Shown here: one piece after another, positions 1 to 17,532 of the stretch
How positions within the stretch are numbered: position 1 is the stretch's first letter
Layout of the letters: each line of letters starts with the position of its first letter
Position numbers and translations under genes: made by a program
The notes under the pieces: generated by a model
Databases searched by the model: none
Seen by the model: only the letters and a program-made list of their open reading frames with translations
What the model was told of the DNA's origin: nothing
NCBI RefSeq assembly: GCF_009914755.1
Contig: NC_060928.1
Reading direction: 5' to 3' (one strand)
From: the human T2T-CHM13v2.0 reference genome, Homo sapiens
DNA: 64,000 nt

Positions 1-1483
1 CACATTTAAAATTACTTACTTTGTATTGTTTAATCATACCAAATAAAGGCATTTTTTAAATGAATGCTAAATATAGCACTGTTGTTTCCCCATTTCATTG
101 AGTAGCATATAAATTTAGCACTAATACACATTTTTAATCTTAATGTTAGCATTATAGCTTTGCTATATTAAACCAATGATACATTTCTTTTTAATGTGTA
201 AGTTATTGTACTAAAGAGTGTAGAAAGGTGACTTTCAATGAAAAAATATAGGCATATATAATCAAGACAAATTTGATTGGAAAAATAATACAATTTTAAT
301 GAAGAAGTAAAATTACAAATTAATTTCAGAAGCATGAGTAGGACAGCATGCTTATCATTTACAGCTATTTGATGAAACTAATTTTTATACAATTTTATGT
401 ATCACATTTTTAAATGCGCTTAAGTCACCAACTATCTTAATTATTTGATAAACAGGAAGAAATGTCTATGCTAAATAGCTTTTGGCGGTTTATCATAACT
501 ATATTTGGAAGCAATATAATATGCTAGGAGTTTTGATAAGTTGTCATAGAAAATTTTTGTCAGTAATAGACTAGTAAAATAAAATGCTGTTATGACCTTT
601 GTTTGCAAACCTACCTCTTATCTACTTTTATTGAATTTGCCAGAAATATAAGCATTTGTAATTACATAAAACACCCTACTGAAATGCAATTTTATGATCA
701 GAAAATATAGACTTGCAGAATAGTTTGGCATTAGAATTAGCCTAGGGGTAAGGAGAGCTGATTTATAATTATGGACTATTCTCTGAGTCATGGTTTGAAA
801 ACAATATTTTTTTCTCAGTTCTTCCTTCTGGGATTGTTAATATAAAAAATATTTGTTGTCTGTCTACCTCTGAAGTAGATACAAGAATGAGTTTCTATAT
901 ATTTCTCACTTTCATTTACACAGTGAAGAAAATACTTTGAAATTTTTAAAATTATTTTAACCACCAATTTATTCAACCATTACTTACTTATTATTACAAT
1001 TACTTACTTATAAATAAGATACCAGGTTCTGGGTTATTGTTGGGTAGGCATGAAGAAGGTCACATGTTCTATGGAGCTGACATATTTAGAAAGCCAAATA
1101 ATAAAAAGATATTTAAATAATAAAATATCAAATAGGAACAATTACCTAAATAGAATAAAGCAGGATAAAGGGAGAATGATTAAAAATGAAAGGTATTTTA
1201 TACAGGGGAGACTTTTCTGTCTCCATGGCATTTTAACAGAGACCAGTGAAATGAGAGAGTAAACTATGAGCTGATTTGGGGGAAAGTCACTTAAGGCAGA
1301 TGAAGGAACAAGCACAAGGCCAGGAAAAGGGAAATATCTCTGGTTCCCAGAAAAATAAGGAGGCCAGTGTCCTAAAGCAGACCGAACACTGGAAGAATGA
1401 TGGGAGATGTGATAGGGTCATATTAAAGCTTGCAGGTTCAAAAAGAACTGGGATTTTATCAGAATGTGAAGGAAAACCTTTAG

Positions 1484-1697
1484 TAGTTGTTCTCATCTTG
1501 GAGTGATTTTGCCCCCAGGGGACATTTAGCAATGTCTAGGGAAATTATGGTTGTCACAAGTTGGAACTTGTCACTGGCATCTAGTGGGTAGAGGCCAGGG
1601 ATGCCACCAAATATACTACAATGTGGGCACAGCCTCCACCTCCAACAAAGGACTGTCCAGTCTAGAATGTCAACAGTGCTGAAGTAGAGAAACCCTG
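1484..1697 (+). mobile_element. MER20 hAT-Charlie DNA transposon (non-autonomous)
   Basis: GATTTTGCCCCCAGGGGACATTTAGCAATGTC...GGCATCTAGTGGGTAGAGGCCAGGGATGC...GAGAAACCCTG matches recalled MER20 consensus end to end. Confidence 0.9.
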
Positions 1698-2068
1698 AGG
1701 AGCAAAGCATCTCTTGGACTTCTCTGTGGAAGGCAGAGGCAGAGGTGGATATACAGGAGGCTGATTAGGAGGTTACTGCAGAAAAGTGGCTTGGACTATA
1801 GGCACTAAGAGTGGATGTGGTGAAAAGATATCTGATTTGAGATGTATGTTAGAGTTCATGTCTGTGGGCTTTGCAAATCAATTATATGTAAGCAAGAGAA
1901 GAAGAGAAGAATCAGGGTTGATTCTTGGGTCTTCCCACTGTGCAGCTGTGAGTTGGATGGTACCATTTGCTGACATGAGGAAGAAAGACTGAGAGAGAAG
2001 CTGACTGGGGTGCATGAAAAGAAGCATGAGAAGCGGAGATAGTGTGTTTGATCTAGGACATAGATAGT

Positions 2069-2617
2069 TATGATGGTTAATACTGAGTGTCAACTTGACT
2101 GGATTGAAGGATGCAAAGTATTGTTCCTGGGTATGTCTATGAGGATGTTGCCAAAGGAGATTAACATTTGAGTCAGTGGACTGGGAGAGGCAGACCCACC
2201 CTCAATGTGGGTGGGCACGATCTAATCAGCTGCCAGCATGGCTAGGATAAAAGCAGGCAGAAGAGAAAGATGGAAAGACTACACTAAGTCTTTCAGCCTC
2301 CATCTTTCTCCTGTGCTGGATGCTTCCTGACCTGGAGCATTGGACTCCAAGTTCTTCAGCTTTTGGACTCTTGGACTAATATTAGTGGTTTGCCAGGAGC
2401 TCTCGGGCCTTTGGCTACAGACCTAAGGCTGCACTGTCGCCTTCCCTGCTTTTGAGGTTTTGGGACTTGGACTGCCTTCCTGGCTCCTCAGCTTGCAGAC
2501 GGCCTATTGCAGGACTTCACCTTGTGATAGTGTGAGTCAATACTCCTTAATAAACTCCCCTTCATATATACATCTATCCTATCAGTTCTGTCCCTCTAGA
2601 GAACCCTAACTAATACA
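2069..2617 (+). mobile_element. MLT2A1-type solo LTR (ERVL)
   Basis: Begins TATGATGGTTAATACTGAGTGTCAACTTG, ends CTAGAGAACCCTAACTAATACA; 5-bp TSD ATAGT at 2064-2068 and 2618-2622. Confidence 0.92.
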
Positions 2618-2979
2618 ATAGTTTAGGATTCCTATAAAATGTTCAAGTAGGGCCATCAGGTACATCCTTCTCTGGAGCTCAGAGGAGATGTGGTGAAGAT
2701 AAATATTTGGGAATCATCAGAACGTAGACAGTATTTTGTACCATAAGGCCAAATGAAGTCAGTAGTGAGGGATTATAGATGAAGAGGAGATGACGAAGGA
2801 CCAAGCTCTTGGATACTCCAACATTTAGAGGCCAGAGAGAATAGAAGGAAGCTCTGAAAGAGACTGAAAAAGAGCACTCAGTGAGGTAGGATTCCAAATG
2901 CCAATGCAAAAAAAAAAAAAAGATTTCAAGGAAAAATACAGGATTAGTTGTGTCAAATGCAAAATATAAATGAAGAATT

Positions 2980-4200
2980 TACAAAGGAATATATGCAAAT
3001 AATTAGGTATGTGGACAAATAATCATACTAGCAATCAAATGAACCAAAACTTTAATAATGAGATATTATTTTTCATTGATAATATTGGGAGTTAAGGGTT
3101 AATTTGTGCTTTATGAATCCCTGCAAGCTGGCTTTCCAGAAAGTCAGTCTTCACCCACCCTAGCAAAGCTCCCCAAAAAACTGGCATGGCCCAGTACTCA
3201 AGGAAGTCAGTCCTGATCAACCCTAGGAACTGTACTTCATGGGAAGGCTTGGTACTCACAGCCAACAGAGGCTGATGTGAATCCTGTCACCAGGTTGCTC
3301 TGATAACTATCTGCAATGAAAAACTTTGACCCCAGACACATGAGTATACCAGGAAGAGGCCAGGAGGAGATGGAGCTAAGGTTCTCACACATCATATGGC
3401 TACTATAGCCCAGTCCCTGATCCTACTAGGGGAGAGCTAGATGCATCCCTAATCACAGACTTAAAGGCCACACAGTCCATGGGTCAAGGACTCTCTCACT
3501 GAGCTGATATTTTTTCCTGCCAGATCACTGCCCAGTGCTTCAGATCGTGATAAGGCAAGGAGGCAAGGGTGGTAGGGGTACTATGACTGCTATTGCTCCT
3601 GTCTCAGGGAGTTTTCCCTATGAATCAGTTCCAGGAGATGCTGATGTATCTGCTGAAGAGCTGTTTGGTTTCATTTGCACGTAAATAGTCACAAAAATAA
3701 AATAGTGACTAATGTCAAATATTAGTGAGTACATGAAGAAATAAGCATTTGTTTACATGTTTTACTGTATATTTTAGGAACTTCCTTGGGTAAAATCTGA
3801 CAGTGGTAAGTACCAAAATATAAAAGATGGAAATGCTTGGTTCCAGCAATGTAACATCTAAAAAAAAAACCAGATTAATATGCAAAGCATTATTTTAATA
3901 GTGAGAAATTAGCCAAAAGGCCTAATTTAATCTAAACAATAAGGAATTGGGTCAACAATCTATATCAACAAAATAGAATTTCATTGCATGTGCTATATTT
4001 ATGTGTGAAATGCTTTATAGCTGTATAGATAATGTGATTTCTTTTTATATTTATAGATATAAATATATACATATGTGCTTTATACATTCAATAGAATGTT
4101 AATTAATAGTGATTTTTCTCAGATGGAAATAAGGTATTTTTCATATTCTAAATTGTAATGTTTTATAATTACAGTAGTCTGAATTTCTTAAAATAAGAGT
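2980..4200 (+). mobile_element. Highly decayed L1M (L1ME-like) 3' region, split by a ~0.6 kb insert
   Basis: Weak similarity to L1 ORF2 end (AAAGGAATATATGCAAAT...AATGAGATATT; ATTAGTGAGTACATGAAGAAAT); boundaries approximate. Confidence 0.45.
3085..3665. mobile_element. Unidentified LTR-like insert
   Basis: Sharp GC-richer block of LTR size interrupting an AT-rich L1M relic; family not recognised. Confidence 0.35.
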
Positions 4201-4711
4201 ATTTTACTTTTACAAAAGATCATACATACTACATTTGAAACATAGGAAATCATATATTTTCATATATTCTATATTTTATTTTACTTTAGTAGACTCTACA
4301 AAGAAACAAGAAAGTAAGATAATTTTATCTTCCAGTTGCTACATTATAATAAATTTTTTAAAACTAATTTTCACAAACAATTGCCTCTTTCATTTCAAAA
4401 CAGTATCTTAAAGTTGGAAACTAAAATGAACATTGATAACAAATATATCTTTGAGTGGCACTGTATTTTAAATAACAAATTTGTATTTTTTTTAAGAAAA
4501 GTTCTATTATTGACAATACAACACCATGGGGGTATATACTAAATTCGTCACTATTACCTGAAATTAAGAAATAAAATGAATCTATGCCAAGATTAAGGAG
4601 AAAGCACATGCACATGGAGAAATCACTTATTTGTATCAATGCTACAAAGAAAAACTACTTCTAACATCCAGCAACTGGCTTGGCACTCATAGCTAAGTCA
4701 TAGTATTCTCA

Positions 4712-5206
4712 TGTTGGTCATGTGCTATTTCCCAGAACACTGACATCAAACAAGGCTGTAGCCACGAAGGATCAAGACAAAAACAAAATCACTGTGTAAT
4801 CATATCTGAACACAGACAAAAGCATGAATATTGTCCAGACCACAAAAATGTTCAGACATCTCCATATCCTGGCTAATATGCATGACTGCTGCTTCTGCAC
4901 CAGTCAGGCTTTAGCTTCATTTCAGTTTGCTCATCTTCTAGATTAGATTTATCATGATAAACAATCTTAGAATTATCCTCCTTTTTCTGACAGCATCCAT
5001 GCCAGAGCAAAGTTCAGCTTTTTAAAATCCTCTGTCAAGCCACTTAACACAAAGTCAAAATCCTAAAATAAGTCTTTCTCACACCCTCTTGCTAAGTTAC
5101 CCCAGCATTTGCCATGGTGTAGATTCTCCTTCATTGCAACAACAATAAAACCAACTCTTCAACTATGGGTGTGTCCCTGGTAGTGTTTGAATGGCAGGCA
5201 TTGACG
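4712..5206 (+). mobile_element. MER67-family solo LTR (ERV1)
   Basis: CCAGAACACTGACATCAAACAAGG...GGATCAAGACAAAAACAA...AATAAAACCAAC...GGCATTGAC follows recalled MER67 LTR layout. Confidence 0.7.
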
Positions 5207-5275
5207 ATGCATTGGTTCTTTGAATGGACAAATTTGTCTTTATGAATACTTTCAGCTCTAAGCCCTTTTGTTCAT

Positions 5276-5716
5276 TGTGAAAGTTGTCAGAATCAAAATG
5301 AAGTAACTTGTGTTAAAAACAAAATAAAATTCTGATAAACAAAGCCAGGAAAGACAATAAAAAGTGGGTTCTCACACTTATATGTCTAATTTAACTACCA
5401 CAAAAGACTGCAAAAACCACCACTTTGCAACTTTACACAAAAAAAATACTTCTGCAAGGACATCTGCCCAGCAAGTGCCTGTCTAATCTTGGACTGGCAC
5501 CATCCTTGTTAATGATCCTTGTAGCCAAGGATAGTTATCTCAAAAGAATTATGTAATCTTCCTCATTTTTTTCTTAAAAATTTTTTTGTCTTCTTTTACC
5601 TTTTTGAATACACACATAGTTTACTATGACACGTGTAGTCCCATTGCAGCCCTATTGCCAAATAAATATCTTTTTCTTTTAGAAAGCCTCTCTCTTATTT
5701 GTTATTTAAGTTGACA
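5276..5716 (+). mobile_element. 5' LTR, MER65A-like
   Basis: TGTGAAAGTTGTCAGAATCAAAATG...TTATTTAAGTTGACA; homologous to 17533-17986 and 26354-26785. Confidence 0.85.
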
Positions 5717-5720
5717 TAAA

Positions 5721-5739
5721 TAGTGTCCAGAAGTGAGAC
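5721..5739 (+). other. Degenerate primer-binding site, tRNA-Leu type
   Basis: TAGTGTCCAGAAGTGAGA resembles TGGTGTCAGAAGTGGGA (complement of tRNA-Leu 3' end), 4 nt after the LTR. Confidence 0.6.
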
Positions 5740-7913
5740 CTGGAACAAGATCACTTTAGAAAGGAAATGGCAACTCTTGGAAATGAACTGCAGAATTCAT
5801 TTGAGCTCTTTCAGCTCTCCACTTCCTCAACTCACCTTTTCTGCCCTGGTGAGTCTTCTCTTAGGCTGAGCCTCCCTCCTTTCTGTTTGGTAGAAGCTCT
5901 AGACATTATTTGGAATCTGATTTGGATAAAGGCAGTTAAATAAAGGACCTTACATTCCTCCTGAGATAATAAAAACCTTTTGTGTTTTTGGAAGGTACTT
6001 TATGGTCTAAGGACAAGTGTTCTCCTGGTTTGAGTACTCTGATTTCTGTAAAATTTACATTCTGTCTATGAGGCATGTCTTTTCTGCATGCCTAATTTAA
6101 TACTTTATTTTATCTGCATGCCTGGATTAAAACATTAAGGTCTGCCAAGTTTTCTGGTACTTTAGCCACCTGCATATCGTGGCCTGTTCTCATGCATATA
6201 TTTTAACTGATGGGCAAATTACATCAAGAAAAATTCAGAGCTCAATGGTCATTATCCAAACTCTCTTTAAAAAACTCTTACAATGACAAACTTAACTTGT
6301 AGATCCTCCTAAGTTATCTGTCCATTTTTTTCTGCGTACTTTGAATCTGCTGACTTTTATGTTGGTGTTGACATAAAGCTCACTGCTTTTGGCAGCCAAG
6401 ATAAAAAAATGTCTTAAAGAGCTTTCAAATTAATGGGCTTACAAATTACAACAGTTCCATGGCAACCATCAACCTAGATACATTTTGAAGATGTAACTTT
6501 AGGTTTGCTTGACTAACAATTGCTTAGGGTGATAGAACAGTTAATGAAAGGATTAATAGTACAAAAACAAAAAAAAAAAAAGAAAGAAAGAAAAGGAAAT
6601 GCCAGAGAAATGTGTATAAAAGTTAAGCTCTCAGATTATACAGGTCAAAATCTTGAAATCAGAGCAAAAATATAATGTGTCTCTGTCCAGAATAAAAATT
6701 GCTGTGTCTGCCATGCAAGGGCCAGAAAACATTGAAAAACTGCTGAAATGGTTTCATGCCTGCATTGACTAGTCAAGCAAACCAGACCAGCAAACATAAG
6801 ATAGACTCGTTACTGAAAATTCAAAGGTACTTGAAGTTTTGATTTTTCTTATGCAATTCACCCAGTCCCAGCTAAAATGCAAGCATTAAAAATTTAACCA
6901 GACCTCATTTGAAACTGAAAAAAGAAAAAAAAAAGAGATTAAAAAAAAAAACCTCCTTTATCCAAATTTTGCTCCACAGCCTTTGTTAGATTACCTAACA
7001 GGTCAAATAAACTTTAGCCATGTAAACAGGTCCCATTTTGTCAGAAATGTAATTTGGATCAGATTGTCTTTTTTTAAAGTGATGAGTTTGTATCACTATT
7101 TCATGACTAAAATTTTATATTTAAAGCATAAAATCTTTACTTGTGTATATGTAGAAGTGTTTAGGTGTGTTCATGCATGTGTACCTGTATTGTTATATGT
7201 TTTATCTACAAAATAAAATCTGGTGTCACTGGACAGAAATCTCTGAAAAAAATTATATTCAGATCAGCTTAACTAAATGAACACATATAAGAGATGTATT
7301 AATTAAGCCAAATGTCTTTTAGTTTTTGTGACTTAAGTAAATTTTTAATAAATAAGCTGTTTTTAAAATTATTGGTAAAATAAAAATACAATTGTCTTTA
7401 AAATTGTCAGCATACATTTTTGCCTAGATTGACTGGTCAGACAGTTTTATCTTTGTCTTTGTCTCTACCAGATGTTCTAAATTCATAAAACTATACACTT
7501 AGCCTAAAAACAGAATGATCGTTGTCTTTGTAACTCTTTGATAAATATGGCTAATTTAATGTCATTGGTTTAATAAAAACAGCTGTATCTTCTGAATTAT
7601 TGGCAAATTACTCAATATTGAAAGTTCTTAGGTGAACACTTGATAGTTAAAAACTATAAAAATGATCACAGAGAAATGACTTCCAATAATGACTAGCTAT
7701 GTCTAATATGTCAGTTTCCATAAGTAATCTAGGTAAATTGTTGGAAGTAAATAGATTAGGTAAAGGTAAATGAGATTAACATCAATAAATAAGTTTTTCA
7801 TGTAATTTGAAATCTTAAAGTTATGTTAAATTATGTCTGGGTCATTTTTAAATAAGATTTTAAAAACTAAAACAAATTGTTGAGCATAAATATAAGTTTG
7901 TTCTTGGCTTCTT

Positions 7914-8149
7914 CTATTCTATACCATTGTAGGATTACTGTAGTTAACAATAACATATAGTTTTAAATAGCTGGAAGGAGATTATTGATTGTTCCCAACA
8001 ACAAAAAAAATGATAAGTGTTTGAGATGATGGGTATGCTAACTACCCTGAATGGATTACTATACATTACATGTAAAAAAAATCACTGTCTACCCCATAAA
8101 TATATATAATTATTATTAGTCAATTTAAAAAACAAATAAAAATAAAAAA
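7914..8149 (+). mobile_element. L1MA-class 3' end fragment inside the ERV internal region
   Basis: GTTAACAATAA...TGTTTGAGATGATGGGTATGCTAACTACCCTGA...TACCCCATAAAT followed by an A-rich tail. Confidence 0.8.
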
Positions 8150-9103
8150 GAACTAGAGATCTAGTTTGAGAGGCCCCTGACATGTATACATCCACTGCAT
8201 CACCCTCAGACCAGTTTCCTCATGCTATAAATCAATAAATAAGGTAAATTCAATAAGCAGTTATAGAAGGACTAACTATATTTGGGTCTATTAATACACA
8301 TAAAATTATGGGGAAAATGTTTCTAAAAATTATAAAATAATTCTTATCCCTTAGCTTTTCCAGTGGTCTTAGCAAATGGCACACCAGGAGATTATATCCT
8401 GCACATGGCTCAGCTGGTCCCATGCCCACAGATCCTTGCTCACTGCTATTCTGAGATCAAACTGTGAGGCAGCAAACCTGGCTGGGGAGGGGCATCCGCC
8501 ATTGCTGAGGCTTGAGTAGGTAAACAAAGTGGCTGGAAAGCTCAAACTGGGTGGAGCCCACTGCAGCTCAACTAGGCCCGCCTGCTTCTGTAGACTCCAA
8601 CTCTGTGGGCAGGGCATAGCTGAACAAAAGGCAGCAGAAACTTCTGCAGACTTAAATATCCCTGTCTGACAGCTCTGAAGAGAGCAGTGGTTCTCCCAGC
8701 ATGGTGTTTGCACTCTGAGAATGGACAGACTGCCTCCTCAAGTGGGTCCCTGACCTGTGTGTAGCCTAACTAGGAGTCACCTCCCAGTAGGGGCCGACTG
8801 ACACCTCATACAGCCGGGTGCCCCTCTGAGATGAAGCTTGCAGAGGAAGGATCAGGCAGCAATATTTGCTGTTCTGCCACATTTGCTGTACTGCAGCCTC
8901 CGCTGGTGATACCCAGGCAAACAGGGTCTGGAGTGGAACTCCAGCAAACTCCCACAGACCTGCAGCTGTGGGACCTGACTGTTAGAAGGAAAACAAACAA
9001 ACGGAAAGGAATAGCATCAACATCAACAAAAAGGACATCCACACCAAAACCCCATTTGTAGGTCACCATCATCAAAGACCAAAGGTAGATAAAAACCACA
9101 AAG

Positions 9104-10143
9104 ATGGGGAGAAACCAGAGCAGAAAAGCTGAAAATTCTAAAAACCAGAGCACTCCTTCTCCTCCAAAGGATTGCAGCTCTCCGCCAGCAATGAAACAAA
9201 GCAGGACAGAGAATGACTTTGACAAGTTGACAGAAGTAGGCTTCAGAAAGTCGGTAATAACAAACTTTTCCGAGCTAAAGGAGGATGTTTGAACCCATCT
9301 CAAGGAAACTAAAAACCTTGAAAAAAGATTAGACAATGGCTAATTAGAATAAACAGTGTAGAGAACACCTTAAATGACCTGATGGAGCTGAAAACCATGG
9401 CATGAGAACTCCATGACACTTGCACAAGCTTCAATAGCTGATTCGATCAAGTGAAAGAAAGGATATCAATGATTAAAGATCAAATTAATGAAAAGCAGTG
9501 AGAAGAAAAGCTTAGAGAATAAAGAGTAAAAAGAAAGGAACAAAGCCTCCAAGAAATATGGAACTATGTGAAAAGACAAAATTTATGTTTGATTGGTGTA
9601 TCTGAAAGTGATGGGGAGAATGGAACCAAGCTGGAAATCACTCTTCAGGATATTATCCAGGAGAACTTCCCCAACCTAGGAAGGAAGACCAATATGCAAA
9701 TTCAGGAAATACAGAGAACACCACAAAGATACTCCTCAAGAAGAACAACCAAAAGACACATAATTTTCAGATTCACCAAGGTTGAAATAAAGGAAAAAAT
9801 GTTAAGAGCAGCCAGAGAGAAAGGTCGGGTTACCCACAAAGGGAAGCCCATCAGACTAACAGCTGATCTCTCGGCAGAAACCCTACAAGCTAGAACAGAG
9901 TGGGGGCCAATATTCAACATTCTTAAAGAAAAGAATTTTCAACCCAGAATTTCATATCCAGCCAAACTAAGCTTCATAAGTGAAGGAGAAATAAAATCCT
10001 TTACAGACAAGCAAATGCTGAGAGATTTTGTCACCACCAGGCCTGCCTTACAAGAGCTCCTGAAGGAAGCACTAAACATGGAAAGAAGAACCAGCACCAG
10101 CCACTGCAAAAACATGCCAAATTGTAAAGACCATCGAAGCTAG
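9104..10143 (+). pseudogene. L1 ORF1p remnant with stops and frameshifts
   Basis: MGRNQSRKAENSKNQS... and ...LQDIIQENFPNL...FQPRISYPAKLSF in separate ORFs. Confidence 0.92.
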
Positions 10144-10190
10144 GAAGAAACTGCATCAAATAACGGGCAAAATAACCAGCTGATATCATA

Positions 10191-14209
<4,019 letters not shown>

Positions 14210-14416
14210 ACAATGAGAACACATGGACACAGGGCGGGAAACATCACACACACAGGCCTGTCGTGGGATGGGGGGATGGGGGTGGTATAGCATTAGGAAA
14301 TACCTAATGTAAATGATGAATTGATGGGTGCAGCAAACCAACACAGCACATGTATATATAGGTAACAAACCTGCACATTGTGCACATGTACCCTAGAACT
14401 TAAAGTATAATAAAAA

Positions 14417-14455
14417 GAATAAAATAAAATAAAATAAAATAAAATAAAATAAAAT
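14417..14455 (+). repeat. (AAAAT)n microsatellite derived from the L1 tail
   Basis: About 7 direct copies of AAAAT. Confidence 0.9.
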
Positions 14456-17400
14456 TTAATGCATTAAAAAAGATCTAAATTGTGTTAAAGTTTGTGAAAG
14501 ATGAATATGACAGAAATTTGTGAGTGATCAAATTGGCTATAATTAGAAGGGAATTATTAATAAGTTTCCTAAAGATTGAGCTTTGATATTAAAGGTACAC
14601 TATTACAAAATTAAAAATTTGGTTCTTTATGTTAGAACAACAAAATTTTCCTGAATATTGATCTCCTTAATAAAATTGCAGGAGGTTTTGTTGTATAATT
14701 CTGAAATGTTTCATTAACAGTCATCTTCTAAACTGCAAACAATTTGTATTCCTGCCATATTTCTTTCTGAGAGCTATTTAATTTCCATAGTTTCAGACTG
14801 GAAATGCCATTTTCTTCATTCATAATGGTAATTTCGTTTCTGTGTGTAAAGTTTTTTTCTTAGTTTCTCAAGTTAAAATCTCAGAAGTTTAACTGTTGCT
14901 GTTTCTCACTGCTTGTGATTTGCAAGGCATACATCGTTACCTTCTGCTCTTCCTCTTTCTTCCCTTGAGAAAGTTTGAGATAATAAATCTCCCCTTCAGA
15001 AGGTCTAGGATGAAACCTGTTATTGGCTCCTGTAACTTTTCTCTCTAACTCTGCTGGTATGGCCTGGTGCTAAAATGTTTATCTTAAAGGCCCAGAAAAA
15101 CAATGTTTTCCTCCAGTATAACGTAATTCTATGCTCTTGGCTTTTCTGGCTGTGTTTGAATTGTTCCACGTAACCAGAAAACTTCCCATGCTGTTACTAA
15201 GTGCCAGGTATTACTCTGATTAAGGTACTAGTTTCTTATTTACATTGTTCTATAACATGGTGTACACTCATAACCTTAGACACGTTCTTCTTGTGTCCAA
15301 TTAAATTCAAGTATACTTTTCATCAGGTTCAACTTCTAGGTTATCAAAATAGGCTTTCAATAAAGAGAAGGAATCACACTGCAGGAAGTTTTTCTTTACC
15401 TTTTTGGTAACTGGCCTAAGAAATAAGGCTTTTATATTTTATCAAGATAACTTCCTGTGTTATTTTTGTTATTTTTTAATTACTTAGGAAAATGAAAACT
15501 GAGCATTGAAATGGTTAAAGTTTTTCATTGATGTAACATTCTGTATTGCTTTTGATGTCCTTTGATTATCACTTTGGTTAAATTAATGACTATTATTTCA
15601 CAGTGATCCTATTTTGGTCAAGTGTTTTTGAAAGTTTTAACATCTTTGGCCAACTTCCCCAGGACCAAAATTTTAAATTAAGACTTTTTAACCTAGGATT
15701 AATTCTGAGATTTTTTTTAAGTGGGCCCTGGAGAGCCTCAAAGAATGTGTTTTTCATCTTATAAAAATATTAAATACTTAGGATTATTTGTATGGGAAGT
15801 ACTATCAAAAGCTAAGTGATGGGAGGTCTTCAGTTCCATTTAAGGGTATGTTATTCATATTAGTGTTCCAAAATTACATAAAAATCTTACAAATTAATTT
15901 GTCAGGTATAATTCTGGTTGTTATATTGCATGCTACAAAAATAACCAAATTTCTTTGTCAATTTCTGGTTATGGTGAACTTTAATCAGATCTTTAGCCAT
16001 GGTTATTCTAAGTCTCTGTCATCCACAATTTAATTTTTCTCCAAAGTCTTCTGCAATCAGACTCATAAAAAGACTCTAGCAAGTACTGTTAAATACAGGG
16101 CTCTAAGTTAAGATCAACAGACATTTTTTCAGAATTTTAACAAGGAAATTGATTGGCTCATGAAATTTGAACATAATGTTTTTTATGACTTATTTGATAT
16201 AGTATTAATTATTAACTTAAATGTTTTATTTTCCAGATTTGAGGAATTTTTTTCCTTAAGCTATCTATAGTTTAAAACAATTTGGTAAAGTATGCTTTTG
16301 TAAACAAAGGCGAAAGCATTTGATTTTTCTCTATACTTAATCCCTCAAAAATTTGGAAACTAATCATGACTATTCCTGTTTTTTATTGTAATATTATTAT
16401 TTGCATAAGTTCAATAAAAATTTGGTCTCTATAGCAGGATGTCATTCTAACAATTGATTATATTACCAAGGCTTTGACTGAAATATCATTTTTGAGAATA
16501 TGCATAAAATGCCTGACATGAAGGGTCTCTAACTTCACAATAAATGAGTAAAAATCATAATTTCCTCACAGGTCTAGGAACCCTAAGACTCTAAATAAAA
16601 CCTAAAGTCTTCACTGGTTTGTCTCCCTAGCTTCAAGAGGCAAATGTGAAATTGTTATGTGATCATTGTAGAGAGAAATAGACATGTTTCTTTAAAAAAG
16701 CTGTAATATGACTGTTGTTAGATAATAGTTCTGTGCATTATTGTTGAGCTCTTGTCTTCTCCTAGGATTAGACTATATCCTGAATTTTCCTAGATCTCTC
16801 CAGTCCAATTTTATTCCAGGGAATTACCAAAAATAGAAATTGCTTTTTTCCTAAAGCCTTATATGGTTGAAACTAAATAAACTTTAAGGAAAAATCCCAT
16901 GTCTGATGTATAGAGCACACAAATACTCACCAAACTGTTTAATGCCATAAACAGAGATATTCCAAGGGCAAACCAGAATAAGAAGTTGTCATTTTCACAC
17001 TGTAGACTGCATTTCCAAAGACACTGGAACAAGAAGTGATATAAAAATGAGACTTACTCCTCTTAATGCCTATCTTCTTTACTTGGCAAGTAATAACCAC
17101 TTAATTTATTTTATTGGCTGCATTTAAGCCTAGGTTCATATTATTATATTACTATTAATTTTACTTTGTATTTTCCCTTTAAAATTTTGTATGTTTCTTG
17201 TTAAATTTTTGCAGAAATGTAACTTCTAGCAGAATAATGCTGGCCCAGCTCTTAGAGATAATAACAAGACTGTGGAAGAGATAAAATTGAAGTTAATAAT
17301 GAAATCCTGGTAGATTTAGTCTAAGGGTCACTCCCTTCAAGATTCCTTGTTGCTCAAATGTGGCTAAAAGGGTTTTGACACAGACCTCTAGTTGTCAATC

Positions 17401-17520
17401 ACTTCTGCCAATGTAGGATCAGACCAGCAACCTGGGACAGGGTCATCCAGCATGAAGGAACTATGAAAACTTAACTAATAGATAATTGATCATTGATGCT
17501 TTTAGAGAAATATCGTAAGC

Positions 17521-17532
17521 AATAGGGGGAAA
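17521..17532 (+). other. Polypurine tract of the provirus
   Basis: AATAGGGGGAAA directly before the 3' LTR TG. Confidence 0.75.

Larger units (their letters stand above)
965..2975 (-). mobile_element. L2 LINE remnant, interrupted by MER20 and MLT2A1
   Basis: Degenerate antisense L2 motifs (ATTCAACC..., ATGGAGCTGACAT, TTTGGGAATCATCAG, GTGTCAAATGC) on both sides of the two inserts; boundaries approximate. Confidence 0.65.

Noticed and set aside
8369-9336. Minus-strand ORFs in the L1 5'UTR, possible ORF0
   Set aside because: The ORF0-equivalent start (CCGCCATTG near 8500) appears frameshifted within a few codons and its 3' end is missing; the other ORFs are antisense shadows
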